Shown: positions 25,849-39,441, counted from the stretch's first letter. The stretch is 64,000 nucleotides of DNA from Azolla caroliniana (GCA_043228905.1 JBHGNT010000015.1:2294001-2358000); one strand, 5' to 3'. The notes: generated by a model not told the origin, from the letters alone. Numbers and translations: made by a program.

Positions 25849-26118
25849 TGTCGTGATGTGGCGTGTTTAATGCGAGAAAAAGTAAAAAATTGAGGATACA
25901 TGCACATTACACAAATACTTCTAAAAATGAAAATAAATCAATAATAAATAATCCTAGGACCTCATTGCATTGAGCAGAGGTGCAAGTAAGATTTAAACCT
26001 TGCACCTCCAAGATAGGGTGCAATTAGCTTACCACTAAAGCTACTACTAAATGGTTTAGATTTTGTATATTTCCTTGTCATATTCAGTATTCCATAGGAA
26101 ACAAATATACAAAACCGT

Positions 26119-26231
26119 TGTCGTGAAGATCCGCCACTATGTGCGGATTGTGAGGCGGAACCGCCGAGGTTCTGGACCGGAAGGACTCCAAGTTTGCACA
26201 AGCTTTAACGAGAAAGTATTTAAGATAGATT

Positions 26232-26278
<47 letters not shown>

Positions 26279-29200
26279 AGATAGAATAGAACGCTTGACT
26301 TTAGATTGAGAGAGATTAAGATTGAACTCTTGATTTTAGATTTGAAGAACAAGATTAATACATCAATTGCCTAACGAATTTTCTTCTTAATATTAATTTT
26401 AATATAAAGTACAAAGCTTGCTTGATAAAAATCCCAAAAAATTTACCTTAGTCCTTTCATCTTTTTCCGTCCTCTCTTTTATAGATGCCCTCATGCATTT
26501 GAGGGTACAAGACATGCATAAAATGCATGTTTGCCATTTGGCGCTCATGTATTACATGTGGTGCATGATAACCATGTCACTCATTTTAGCTCTCATGTAT
26601 GAGAATTTACATGTAAAGTTACAATGATAAAAATAAAATTTCAAGAAAATGTGTTGTCTTAGTGGTAAGCCTATTGACCCTCAACTTGGAGGTGCAAGGT
26701 TCAAATCTTTACTTTCCCTCCTTGTGTATATGAATAAATATTTATTTATTTATTTATCCATCTAGCCGTCAGTCGCCGGTTGCCAGATCCCGGTTCCGGT
26801 GACCGGATGCCGGTTACGTTGCCGATTACCATTGATTCACCGACTCCATCGTCGGTCCGGTTTTGGTTGGCCAAAACCTTTGCAAGTAGCCAGGCCACAC
26901 CCATTCATCCAATAGCTTAGTTCAAGTCACCTTGAACTCTCTGTGCTCCACACATTGACACAATGATAATAGCTTTTGCTCTACCTTATATATGGTGAGA
27001 TCCTTATTTCCTGTTTATGTGGGATATCTCACAATTTTGTTTTTCTCTTTGTCTTTGCAAACTTACTACCCACATAAATTGACACTTAGATGTCTGTTTC
27101 TTATGTAGTAAAATGCATCTGGAAGCTCTTCAAGACCTCTATTGTTTTATATGAATCACACTCGTTTTCGTACGTTTTATGTGATTTTCACACCATTGCC
27201 GAAAATCTTCACGGCATCCACCCCCACCAAACCGCACGTCCTCCGGTACGTGCCAAGAAGAGAGAATGTGAGATTTTGGCAATGGTGATCAACATGACTC
27301 CTCAATGTCGAGCATGTCTGTTTCTTTGTACTTGAATCACTGTTGCCACCCAATCCACCATATCATTCGTTTTTTCTTTGCTTTACCATGACTTGTTGTC
27401 ATGGCCCCTTGCTCTCTTCTTGATGATAATCGTTTAAGTCTCATGAATGTTCCACCTTTGTCTCAATCGTCTCCTTGCTCAAGGCACTTTGACTCGTTCA
27501 TAGTAGTGTCTTTGATATATGTTTTGATCAAATCCTTCGGATCCTCATGGCTCGCTTGGCCATCGCCATCCCTTGTCATATTTTGCTCAAACTCTTTGTT
27601 GCACATATAAGCTTTAACCCTTGCTTCTTCCCCATCACTATCCTTCTCTTGGGTCTTACATCAGTTAATGCCCAAGTCTCTAGAACGAGTGTGGAGGGAC
27701 CCATACATTTCCATCGTCAACTTTTTTCGTGCAGCACTTAGCCATTTCCATCTTAAAGTTGTTTGAATCAGTATTGACCTTTGCTTCCTCACTGCCAGCT
27801 TCTGTCTCTTGGGTCTTACATCGGTTAATGCCCAAGTCTCTAGAACTATTGCGGGGAAAGGCTCTTCATGGCCATTCACCATCTTCGCCTTAACGTCACT
27901 TTCCATAGCTATTCCTTCAAACTCATGGGCTTCGTACCCATCGATCCTTTTTATTGAGCAATCCTTTATTATGGTTCTCTCTTCGCCGCATGTATTAGTT
28001 TCGACCTTTGGTTCTTCGCCATCACCTCCCGTCTCTTGGGTCTTACATTGGTTCTCGGACGCAATTGCCCAAGTCTCTAGAACAAGTGTGGAGAAAATTT
28101 GGTCGTCGTCATTGGTAGTATTATCTTGGTCCTTCTCTTCCATTTCGTCACCATCCGTCTCTTGGATCTCACGTTGGTTAGCGGACGCAACTGCCCAAGT
28201 CTCTAGATGAAGTGTTAGGAAAGTCTCCACATGACTATCCACCATCAACTTGTTCATAGCCATCTCCGACTCGATGTCGTTTTCCGTGGCTATCTCTTCA
28301 ATCTCATGGGCCTCGCACCCATTGGCCTTCTTCATTGAGCAAGCTTCGATTATGCTTCTCTCTTTAGCTTCGACCTTTGGTTCTTCGTCGTCACCTCCCG
28401 TCCTCGGGTCTTATATCGATCTTGTTGCATGCTTGCTTCACCGCAACCTAGTCCGCCATAAGCCCGTTCTCTTGGGTATCATCTTCAAGGAGAGTCCCCA
28501 ATTCTCGTCTATCCTTCATATGCACAGCCTTCAAGAAGTACAAACTCTTGTCTTCCTCCAGTGGCACTTGGTCCATGGCGGGGAGACGACCAAACATCTG
28601 GTCGAACTCGTCGTATACCCTCGAGACGCTCATCTTCTTATATTTCTTCTCTATCTATTTCATGAGGACATGTCGAGTCATCCTCGTCGAGTCTTCAGTC
28701 GCAAACCCCGCTAATATCGCTTTCTCGAACTCGGACCATGTTGTCTTACCTTCTTGAATCTCGATGATGCGTCTTTAGATGTTGTTGGCGACCACTCTCT
28801 TGAAACTTGTGCTTTGCCGCGCTTCAGACACGTCCCTTTGATTCATCTCCCTTTTGTATGCATCAAGGAACTTCGTAATGTTCCTTCCGTTGAATTGACC
28901 CTCGAGCTCTACGACACAATCGACGGCCTTCTCCACGCTCGCATCGTTGTCTCGAGATCTCATCATTTTTTTGACGATCAACATCATCCTTTCGAAGTCT
29001 CCCGCTTGATTGCTTGAGGACGCCATCTCCAAGTCTTTTTCACGTCGGGTTCACCACTTAATTATGTCATGAAGATCCGTCACTATGTGCGGATCGTGAG
29101 GCGAAACCGCTGGGATTCTGGACCGGAAGGACTCGAAGATTGCATAAGCTTTACCAAGAAAGTATTTAAGATAGATTGAAAGAGAGAGAGAGAGAGAGCT

Positions 29201-30379
29201 TAAGATAGAATAGAACGCTTGACTTTAGATTGAGAGAGATTAAAATTGAACTCTTAATTTTAGATTTGAAGAACAAGATTAATACATCAATTGCCTAACG
29301 AATTTTCTTCTTAATTTTAATTTTAATATAAAGTACAAAGCTTGCTTGATAAAAATCCCAAAAAATTTACCTTAGTCCTTTCATCTTTTTCCGTCCTCTC
29401 TTTTATAGATGCCCTCATGCATTTGAGGGTACAAGACATGCATAAAATGCATGTTTGCCATTTGGCGCTCATGTATTACATGTGGTGCATGATAACCATG
29501 TCACTCATTTTAGCTCTCATGTATGAGAATTTACATGTAAAGTTACAATGATAAAAACAAAATTTCAAGAAAATGTGTTGTCTTAGTGGTAAGCCTATTG
29601 ACCTCTCAACTTGGAGGTGCAAGGTTCAAATCCTTACTTTCCCTCCTTGTGTATATGTATAAATATTTATTTATTTATTTATCCATCTAGTCGTCGGTCG
29701 CTGGTTGCCGGATGCCGGATGCCGGTTACCATTCGGTCGCCGGTCGTCGTTCGCCGGATCCCGGTTCCATCGTCGATCGTCGGTTGCCGGATGCCGGATG
29801 TCGGTTACCATTCGGTCATCGGTCGCCGGATCCCGGTTCCATCGTTGATCGTCAGTTGCCGGATGCCGGTCACCGGATCCCGGTTCCGTCGCTAGATGTC
29901 GGTTATCATCCGGTTCTGTCGTCAGACGCTGGATCCCAGTTCCGGTTGCCGGATGCCGGTTACCGACGACTCACCGGCTCTATCGTCGGTCCGGTTTTGG
30001 TTAGCCAAAACCTTTGCAAGTAGCCAGGCCACACCCATTCATCCAATAGCTTAGTTCAAGTCACCTTGAACTCTCTATGCTCCACACATAGACACAAAGA
30101 TAATAGCTTTTGCTCTACCTTATATATGGTGAGATCCTTATTTCTTGTCTATGTGGGATATCTCACAATTTTATTTTTCTCTTTGTCTTTGCAAACTTCC
30201 TACCCACATAAGTTGACACTTAGATGTATGTTTCTTATGTAGTAAAGTGCATCTGAAAGCTCTTCAAGACCTCCATCTTTTTGTACTAAGATATTACACT
30301 ATTATTGTTTTATATGAATCACACTCGATTTCGTACATTTTATGTGATTTTCATACCATTGCCGAAAATCTTCACGACA
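26119..30379 (-). mobile_element. Non-autonomous tRNA-Trp Gypsy derivative (gag remnant plus repetitive ORF, no pol)
   Basis: LTRs at 29065-30379 and 26119-27216; perfect TSD CCGT at 26115-26118 and 30380-30383; PBS and PPT present; internal region about 1.85 kb. Confidence 0.92.
27661..28335 (-). CDS. Acidic repeat-containing ORF of unknown function (LETWA..QETDGD repeats)
   Basis: 224-aa ORF with repeated LETWA units, downstream of the gag remnant. Confidence 0.4.
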   Translation of the reverse strand: MKKANGCEAHEIEEIATENDIESEMAMNKLMVDSHVETFLTLHLETWAVASANQREIQETDGDEMEEKDQDNTTNDDDQIFSTLVLETWAIASENQCKTQETGGDGEEPKVETNTCGEERTIIKDCSIKRIDGYEAHEFEGIAMESDVKAKMVNGHEEPFPAIVLETWALTDVRPKRQKLAVRKQRSILIQTTLRWKWLSAARKKLTMEMYGSLHTRSRDLGIN

Positions 30380-30827
30380 CCGTGTGCACAAAACCATGGT
30401 TTTAAGCCCATGGTTTTAAGCCCATGGTTTTGTGCATGACATAAGCAAAACCGTGTGCACAAAACCATGGTTTTAGCCCATGGTTTTGTGCATGTCACAA
30501 GCATGGAGAGACCTATAAAAGCCTCTAGTTGGGATTGCGTAAGGGGGGGCTCAATAGGTGATAATCACCATCGTCATCATCATCATCAATATAAAATTAT
30601 TCTTATAATTATACTTCTATTGTTCATCTTCTTTCATCTTTGATACTTCTTATTGTACTTCTTATAATCATCAAACTTTTGATCTATTCAAGGGTAACAT
30701 TGTTTCTCGATAACTTGGTAAACGTCCTCCCTAGTCAAAGACCCCGGTGGTCCCGTTCGAGCGACACATGCACATGCATCTTCGCGACATCTTTTGGTGA
30801 ACCCGACGTGAAGAGCGGCAGGGGAGG

Positions 30828-31709
30828 ATGAAGATGGACGAGGAATATCTCATGGAGGCAATGTCAAAGATAATAATGGAATTTTCAAGAGAAGGGAAAA
30901 GACGAGATGCGATCCAACAAGCCATCGAAAGCATGGTCGAGCGAGTCGGCTGTTTCGACGGAGGCAAAGTCCAAAATTTTCTAGAGGCCTACAATGCCGA
31001 AATGGATTCAAGATGTGTGAATAAAGCAATGAGGCTGGAGTACTTTTGTCGAGTGGTGGCCGAACCAATCTACAAAGATATGAAAGAGCTTCAAAAAGCT
31101 CATGATTCGTGGGTGTCCTTCGAAGAAGCTTTACAAGAGGCATATGATCATGAAGAGTCGAAGGGACGAATTCTATATAAGTTTGACCAATGGGTGTCAT
31201 CGAGGAAGACCCACCAGAGTGCTATGCATGCATTCATTGAGTTTGAGTGTCAGTTCGCTCAACTCTCGGAGCGGGAACAAGGATTGGTGGGGGCGAATAA
31301 AGTCTTAATGTTCGTCAAGTCGATTGAACGGAAGAAAAGGATGGAAATTGGAGTCCAACTCGAGGACGACGATGGTGTGAACAGCCTCACTGAAAATTGG
31401 GCCGAAGTGAAAAGGGTATGTCAACGACATCACAAGAGGAGGATAGGAATCTTGTCGACAATGTCACGGCCGATGAGGGACGATAGAAGGAGGACAAGAT
31501 GCAGCAACATGCCACCACCGAAGGAAGCAAGCTTGAAGAGGGAAGGTTCGACGATGCTCGACATAGAAGTCTTTATGAGAGAGGCATTCGAGAATTTAAA
31601 GGCGCAAGTTGAGGCTGAAGAGAAACTTCAAAAGGGACAAAAACTTAGGCGAATGATGGTTGAGGAAGAAGAGACCTCTCCACAAATGCAGATTAAGTGT
31701 TGGATTTGA
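30828..31709 (+). CDS. Gypsy gag-like protein (293 aa open frame)
   Basis: FDGGKVQNFLEAYNAEM and QLEDDDGVNSLTENWAEVKRVC are homologous to the gag at 12017. Confidence 0.75.
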   Translation: MKMDEEYLMEAMSKIIMEFSREGKRRDAIQQAIESMVERVGCFDGGKVQNFLEAYNAEMDSRCVNKAMRLEYFCRVVAEPIYKDMKELQKAHDSWVSFEEALQEAYDHEESKGRILYKFDQWVSSRKTHQSAMHAFIEFECQFAQLSEREQGLVGANKVLMFVKSIERKKRMEIGVQLEDDDGVNSLTENWAEVKRVCQRHHKRRIGILSTMSRPMRDDRRRTRCSNMPPPKEASLKREGSTMLDIEVFMREAFENLKAQVEAEEKLQKGQKLRRMMVEEEETSPQMQIKCWI

Positions 31710-31821
31710 AGGCTCAAGTTTGGTACGGCGATACCACAAGAGAAAATGCAGAACAAATCATCTTCTCATCTTGGAAAGAAATAATAGAGAAGGATGAAAT
31801 CAATGAATCGAGGACGGCAAA

Positions 31822-34800
31822 TGTTAGCCAGCCAGCAAGAGAAGTCCACAATGGGGAAAGAGGGATAATTAATAACCGGGAGCTGATTATTTATAATATA
31901 GAATTATTATGATTTTGAGAAGCGAACGGACGGACCCGGAATCGGTATGCCGATCCGGATCCGAACCGGTTCATAGCCAGTTGCCGGTTGGCACCGGTTT
32001 GTACCTAGAGCCGGAGACCTATAAAAGGGCCCGGTTAGATTGTAATCATTAGTGGATAATTAATAGATTGTTGTTGTTCTGTATCTTAATCCTTGTTAAT
32101 TATTGTTCTATGCTAAGTGTAATTCATCTTACGCGTGTATTGTGACTAATGATCTTGCTGATTAGTAACCAATTAGGAATACATTAATAATTCGGTCTAA
32201 GTTTATCTCACCGCAACACCCTTTGGTGAAGTGTCTCAAAGGGACACCCTTTGTTAGGCCATTGTTCGGCCCTAGCGATAACACAGTTTTTGGCGACCAC
32301 GATTCCTGCACAAACACAGCGAACAGCGGCGGGAATGGATGACTAGACCAACAAACGACCCGGTTACGGAGCGAGCAAGAAGACTTGCTGAACAATTGCG
32401 AAAGCGAGAGGCTTTCCAACAGGTGGCAAAAGAGATCCATGCGGATTGATCATTTTCCAAAGTAATCCGGCGAGTGGCCGCGGAATCACTCCGCGTGCAA
32501 CAGACTCCCCACCCGGACGAAGGAAGTAGCTTGAGCAGTCTCCGAGACGCGGAATCCATTTTGCAAGCATTAGCGACAAGGGAAGGCGCTTTGGAACCAT
32601 TCTCAGCCTTCGAATTAGATTCAGACGGTGAATGCAGCGCCCATTCGAATTACCGCAGCAACCACGACACCCCAGACAGACCGGAGAACGAGCAGTCGGA
32701 TACCTTGCCAACACCAAAACCGGAGCTAACGAAACTGGAAGCCCTAGACTGGCAAGAGGAGGAAAGACCTCCGACACCGAAAGAAGAGGAGGAAAGACCT
32801 CTGAACCCGAAAGAGGAGGAGGAAAGACCTCCGACACAGAAAGAAGAGGAGGGGAGACCTCCGACACCACCAGCCTGTGTTCCGACACCGAACGACGACA
32901 TGTCGTTCCAATATCCCAAGTACCGGAATGATCCGGACACGGAAGCTCATGTCTATGCATTTCTACAAACCTAGGAAGCAAACCATGTGTCGCAACAGAC
33001 CGCCGCCAAAGCAGAATGCTCGAAGATTGCAGAGTTCGGCATGACCTTGGAAGGACCAGCCGCGCGATGGCGCTTGACGCACCCTCCTGGCACCATAACA
33101 ACGTTTGAGGACTTAAAAACCAGATTTTTACAGTTCTTCAACAAGGAGGTGGATCAATGAGAGATGGTCGGCCTATTCTACACTATACGGCAGGAACCTA
33201 CGGAAACCATTTAGTAATTCGTAATCCGGTTCCAGTGAATGCACAGCCAACTAAATCGAGCACCACCGGAATCAGAGGCTAAAGCAATATTCTTAGTAGC
33301 ACTCCAGGAACCCCTGCGTACGATGTGCGCAGTGATTGATTTCCGCACCAGCACGATCGACCAAGTCATAGACCGAATCAGGGAGATGAGAAAACAAGCT
33401 TGTGGCTAACAATGGGGGCCCTCTAGCATACATTACTGACAGAAGACGACTTACATTTTCGGCAAGCCATACAATGTACGACTTGTCTCAATGTCGGGCA
33501 CTCAGCAATAGAATGTACTATGCGGACACAGTGCATGTTATACCATTCTAGGGCGCACACAATGGACCGATGCGAATATAACTTGCTAAACCGGCAAGCG
33601 GCACCAGTAAGGCAAATTGAACCCAGAGTAATCGGGAGGAGGAAGAAGAACGTTGGCGGCGAGATGAGCGTTACTAGCAGGCGCAAGATGTCCGGTACAG
33701 GGACAGAAAAGATGCTCATGACCGAGATCGGCAAGATAGCTACCAAGATTACAACGGTGATCGATATGAGCGATACAACTGGGATCACTCCCCCGGTTAC
33801 AACCAACGAAGGGAGGATCAAGGCACTTATGAAAACCAGCCCTGACAGGGTTATCGGAACAAAAAATGATTCAACAAAAAATGGAACGCTAGAAAGGAGG
33901 ACCACCAATGGCAGCCGGACAAGGTCACACTGAGTACCCAACCGGACCAAGGCCAAGCACCTAACCGACCACCAATAGGACCTCAACTGGGTACCGGAGC
34001 GAATGCCGAATCCAACAACACCCGGAAAGCGTACTCCTATTATTGTCGGCAAGAAGGAAATTATAGTAATCAATGCTCGGTTAAAAGCTACGAGAAACAA
34101 CCAACCATAAATATGGTGGTAGAAAAAGTCGTCGACATACAACAAGTCACCACCAAGGCAAAAGGCAAAACAACGGAGTGGGAAACACAGGAGGCAATCC
34201 GAAAGTGGGTGAAGAAGGCAAATGAGCGGAATGTGGTTGAGCTTGAACATCAAAAGGAGAAACCTGAAGAGGCCACCGACATGATTCAGCTGGAAAACCC
34301 AACATGGCAAGTGTTACAAGAATGTCAAATTATGCTGCAATTGGGTCGGTTATTACAGCTAGTGCCCCGGTTTACGGAAGGGCTGAAATCAGGAATGACC
34401 ACATCAAATCCGTTGTTGGCTCCTGCGTTCTTCTCAAATCCAAAAGAAGGGCCAATAGTGGTTGACATGAACAGTCCGGCAATCACTGCCATCGTCAAAG
34501 GACGAGAACTACAAGGGACGATTGTGGACGGAGGATCGGGCGTGAACGTGATTAGTCTACGGACTTGGAATACCCTTGGAATCCAGGAATGGGAGCCTTG
34601 CCCGTTTTGGCTCCGGATGGTGGATACAAGTTCGGTCAGACCTACCGGTTTGATACGGGATTTAGACGTAACTATCGGAGGACACGCATTCCGCATCTTG
34701 GCGGTGGTTCTCCAGCTCAATGCACAAGGGGCTTACCCACTGTTGTTGGGCCGCCCATGGCTAAAAATGGTGCATATCAAACAAAACTGGTGGAAAAACA

Positions 34801-37800
34801 TGATTACCTTCCAGCGAGGAAAGGCTAAAGTAAGGGTACCTACCAACCCTCGATCGAGTACCGGCAAGGAGCTGACACCGCTATATGCGGAAGGTGTAAA
34901 CATGCTCAAGGGGCTTGCTGACAAAGAGGTCAACCAATACTTAGAAGAAAACCCAAAAATTGTACCCCTATTTGAAATCGATGTGGCAGAAGCAATGTCA
35001 CCATATATAACGCAATCGAATGATGTCGGCGAGGAATCGGATAGGGAAGCTATTAGAGAATTACGGCAAGCACAGGAAGCTTTGGAGAGGGAGATGGCGG
35101 TATCCCAACACGTGAAAGCATCCCAGTTAGAGGAATTGAATTTAGGAACCGGGGACGACGCAAGACCGGTTCATATTGCGAAGGAAATGTCACTGGACAA
35201 CAAGATGGCGATGATCACTTTATTAAAGGAATTCTGGGACGTATTCGCCTGGTCCTATGAAGACATGCGGGGGCTTGGATCCTCCGTTGTACCAACACTA
35301 GATACATCTCACTAAGGATGCCAAACCGGTAGCACAACGGCGTTACTAGATGAACCCTAACTATGCGGCAAAGGTCAAAGAGGAAATTGACAAGTTGCTA
35401 CAGGTCGGTTTTATCCAACCAGTGAAAAAAGCTACATGGTTAAGTCCCATAGTCGTCATGCCGAAAAAGAACGGTAAGATCCGGGTGTGCGTCGACTACC
35501 GGAAACTCAATGCGGCAACAGTGACCGACGCCTTTCCACTTCCATTTACGGATGGAGTCCTGGACGCGGTAACCGGTCATGCAGTGTATAGCTTCCTAGA
35601 CGGTTTCAACGGCTACAATCAAAGAAGGATGCACCCCGACGACCAAGACAAAACGGCGTTCGTCACCGAATGGGGAGTTTTCGTTGCAATGGTAATGATG
35701 TTCGGGCTCAAGACCACGCCGGCAACCTTCCAACGAATAATCATAGAAATATTTGGCGAGTTCATCCCGGCATTCATGCAGGTATTCCTGGATGACTTCG
35801 TCGTGTATAGTCGAGAAGGAGAACATCTCCAACACCTCCGGCTTTGTCTTGAGAAATGTAGGAGTTATAGGTTAAGCCTGAATCCAACAAAGTGTGTGTT
35901 CGGAGTAACAACCGGTGCATTGTTGGGCCATCTCGTCATCAAGGAGAGGATCACAGTAGACCCCAATAAGGTCAAAGCAATCTTAGAAGCACTGGCACCA
36001 TCCACGGCCAAAGCTTTGAGTCAATTTCTAGGGCAAATCCGGTGGCATAGCCGGATGCTCCGGTATTTGGCCGATCTTGTTACACCGTTGCATGTTGTTA
36101 GGAAACAAGTCCCTCCGGATGGGAAGTGAGAAGAACAATGTCAATGAGCAATCTCGGCCGAGGCCAAAACCGGATGTGGAGTACCCGGCTATGGAAGACC
36201 CAGTGAGAATCGGATGATGAGTACCCATCAAGAGCCGGATGGTGAAGACCTGGTGAGAACCGGATGTGGAGTACCCGGCAACGGAAGACCCGGTGAGAAC
36301 TGGATGACGTGTGCCCGGCAAGCACCGGATGAAGCAGGCCTGGTGAGAACCGGCTGAGGAGTACCCGGCAAGCGCCGGATGATGCAGGCCCGGTGAGGAG
36401 TGCTCACCGGATGAAGGGACATATTCGTAAATATGTTTCTGAGAGTCCATCGGGGCTATATTTGTAAATAGCCGAAAAGTCATTTTAGTATAAATATGAC
36501 TTAGGGCAAACTTAATGAGTGTTGTTTTCATTCTTGTTGTCGCGATTGGTAGAGAGCTACCGTGTACAGAGAGAGAGAGAGAGAGAGAGAAAGTGAGCTC
36601 AAGATATAGAGAGGTCGTTGCCTCTGTTGTAACCGCCGCCTGTGGCGAAGATCGTGAGCACAAGGTCGTTGCCTCCATGAGCTCACTATTGTAATCATTG
36701 TGATATAGTGACAGTTTGGAGTCTGTGGACTCCCGTGGTTTTTCCCTCTCAGGGTTTTCCACGTTAATACCCTATGTACTCTCCTTTTCTTTCTATTTGT
36801 GCACTTACCTTCATTCTTTTCTTCATTTCTTCTGTGTTCGACTGTACAAGGTGACTCACTCTTCGGTTGTTGCCGGAGACTATTCCGCGTATTCCCTGTC
36901 ACATGTCGCAGTTCACCGGACATCGTTTCAATGGACAAATACGAAGGATGAGGCCTATCGAGCACTGAAAGTGCTGCTATCACAACCACTGGTGGTGCAA
37001 CCACCAGACTGGTCAAAAGAATTCCACGTGTTCATTGATGCGTCCGACATAGCAATCGGCAGTGCACTAATACAATTGACTGAACCGAAATGGTACCAAC
37101 AGGTTTATTATGCTAGCCGGAAGTTATCCTAGGCGGAACGAAATTATTCAACAATGGAAAGAGAAGCCTTAGGGATGATTTACAGTGTTACCAAGTTCGG
37201 GCACTATTTACTGGGAAGGAAATTTTCATTTCATGTCGATCACTCAACGCTATTATATTTGGTCTCAAAGGCATCGCTCACCGACAAGTTGGCCCAATGG
37301 ACATTGTTGCTACAAGAGTTTGAGTTCGAAATATATCACCGGCCAGGAATACAACATGCGGTTGCCGATTATCTGAGCCGGTTAGATTCCGGCGAGACCG
37401 GTGATGGAGTCCCAAATGAGTTTCCGGATGTCGAGTTGTTTAAAGTAACATCAGAAACGGCAGCAGATAACACGGTAGTCGACGAAGACAAGTGGCTAAC
37501 CAACATGCATCAATTCCTAAGCACGGGACTCCCACCGGAGGAGATGAACCGGGATGAGCGGAAGGGGTTAGCGGTACAAATCCGACATTTTTGTCTACTA
37601 CAGGACACCCTGTACCACAAAGGCACAGATGGCATATGGCAGTGAGCAATGCGAAGCGACAAAAAGGACACAATATTACGAGAAGCGCATTGTGGCGTTG
37701 CCGAAGGGCACTATATCGGGGACGCTACGGCAAGAAAGATATGGCACAGCCGGCTATGGTGGCCGATGACACTGAAGGACTCGGTTTGGTACGCGAAAGA

Positions 37801-38785
37801 CTGTGATTTATATCAACGAATGGGCCAACCAACAGAGCAGGCAAGGATGCCTCACCAGCCAGTGCTACCCTTAAAGCCATTTCAGAAATGTGGGCTGGAT
37901 TTCGTTGGGTTGTTTAAACCTCCCGCAATGAGAACCGGCAACAGATATGTTATAGTCGCCACCGATTATTGCACCAAGTGGGTAGAAGCTAAGGCTTTGC
38001 AGGACAACACTGCGGCATCAACGGCAAAGTTCTTATATGAGTACATCCAATGCCGGTATGGATGCCCGATCGAGTTAATTAGCGACCAAGGCGGACATTT
38101 TCTCAGTCAAGTAGTGGAGAGCTTAACAACATTCTATGCAGTGGTGCACAAGCGTAGTAACCCTTATTATCCACAGGCCAATGGATTGGCCGAATCCACA
38201 AACAAAACGCTCCAAAACATCCTGCAAAAGATCGTCAATGAAAACCGGACCGATTGGGACAACAAGTTGCATAGTGCACTATGGGCATACCGGACGGCAT
38301 ACAAAACGAGTATTCGGTAAACGTCATTCCAGTTAGCATTTGGACTGGAAGCAGTAATGTTGATCGAATTTCAGGTTCCGAGTTTGCGGATACAGGTTAG
38401 AGAATGACTAAGTGAAAAGGAATCGGAAAAAATCCAGTTAGCCGCATTATGTGAACTCGAGGAGCATCGAATAGCAAGTCTCATGCAGTTGGAACTAGAG
38501 CAGCGACGAAGGAAGGCATTTGTAGATCGGCACCGGAAGGGCAATGAAAAGATGTTCGGGATCGGCAAGCCGGTACCCGTGTTCCAGACCCAGATGGGTC
38601 AGATGCCGGGAAAGCTACGGTTTCGGTGGACCGGACCGTATTGGATAATGCGGGAATTCAACAGTTCATAACAGCTCAGAACGCTCGCCAGTGAAATAAT
38701 GGGCAAATGGGTCAATGGGTTTCGACTCAAACCATATTGTGGACCTATGCCACAGAATCCGTTCAAGCAGACGAAGGCTGATGCA
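31822..38785 (+). mobile_element. Athila/Tat-like (non-chromovirus) Ty3/Gypsy, 3'-truncated and degenerate
   Basis: Putative 5' LTR at 31822-32283 (TGTTAG...ATAACA); PBS TGGCGACCAC (tRNA-Arg-like) at 32291; PR IVDGGSGVN; RT RVCVDYRKLN/FLDD; RH FIDASDIAIG; IN GLDFVG/SDQGGHF. Confidence 0.85.
36096..36901 (+). mobile_element. Copia solo LTR (same family as 7861-8627) inserted in Gypsy pol
   Basis: TGTTAGGAAACAAG...CTGTCA; TSD CATGT at 36091-36095 and 36902-36906. Confidence 0.92.
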
Positions 38786-38789
38786 ACAG

Positions 38790-39441
38790 TATGGGTGCTA
38801 CATCATTAGCTCCTTCGACATAAGTCTAGTAGCCATGCCCGAGCAAGTACTGGTGCATCTTGTACGACCAAGATGCGTAGTTTCTCCTATTGAGCTTTTT
38901 AGGTTAGAAGCGAGCTTCCCATTCCTCTGTCCATGTTCTTGTCTTTTCTTTTTCGAAAACAAGAAGCTTTGTCTCTGTCTTGTTCACTTCCTTTTCTGTC
39001 AGTTGCTCTGATATCATGTGAAAGAATATGTGTGTGGAAGCGTATGCAATAGACACCGAACCAAGTACACAATCGGTTTCGGAAACTCGACAGTTAGGTA
39101 AACACAGAGAATGGATAACCAATGGGAGAGAGAGATTGAGAAGTGAAAACAACAATATTTTGATTACAAAAAGACTCAGTATATACAACAGTGCTCAGAG
39201 TGCACTTTATATATAAGCCCTTGACGAGTGGACTGACACAAGTACCATAAGTACTTGAATGCTCATAAATGAGCCTGACACCAATTCTGCCTACAATATT
39301 CCTATTTACTATAATAGGAATATAGGCCCTCGACTGCCTTTTTTGGATTTTAGCCGACTCGGCACACCCGAATTGAACTCTATTCGATTCAGCTCTCGTC
39401 TCTTCAACCAATTTGGCCCATTTTGAGCTTGTCTCTCAACA
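38790..39441 (-). mobile_element. 5' LTR (39017-39441) plus PBS and leader of another truncated LTR element
   Basis: TG..CA segment abutting the reverse-complement iMet-type PBS GCTCTGATATCA at 39005-39016. Confidence 0.65.

Larger units (their letters stand above)
25849..31821 (+). mobile_element. Truncated tRNA-Trp Gypsy: 5' LTR (25849-26118 plus 30384-30789), PBS and gag
   Basis: TGTCGTGA...CTTCGCGACA; PBS 30795-30812; LTR interrupted by element 26119-30379; no 3' LTR seen. Confidence 0.8.

Noticed and set aside
32364-34310. Long antisense ORFs (245 and 295 aa)
   Set aside because: Shadows of repetitive gag sequence on the opposite strand with no recognisable motif
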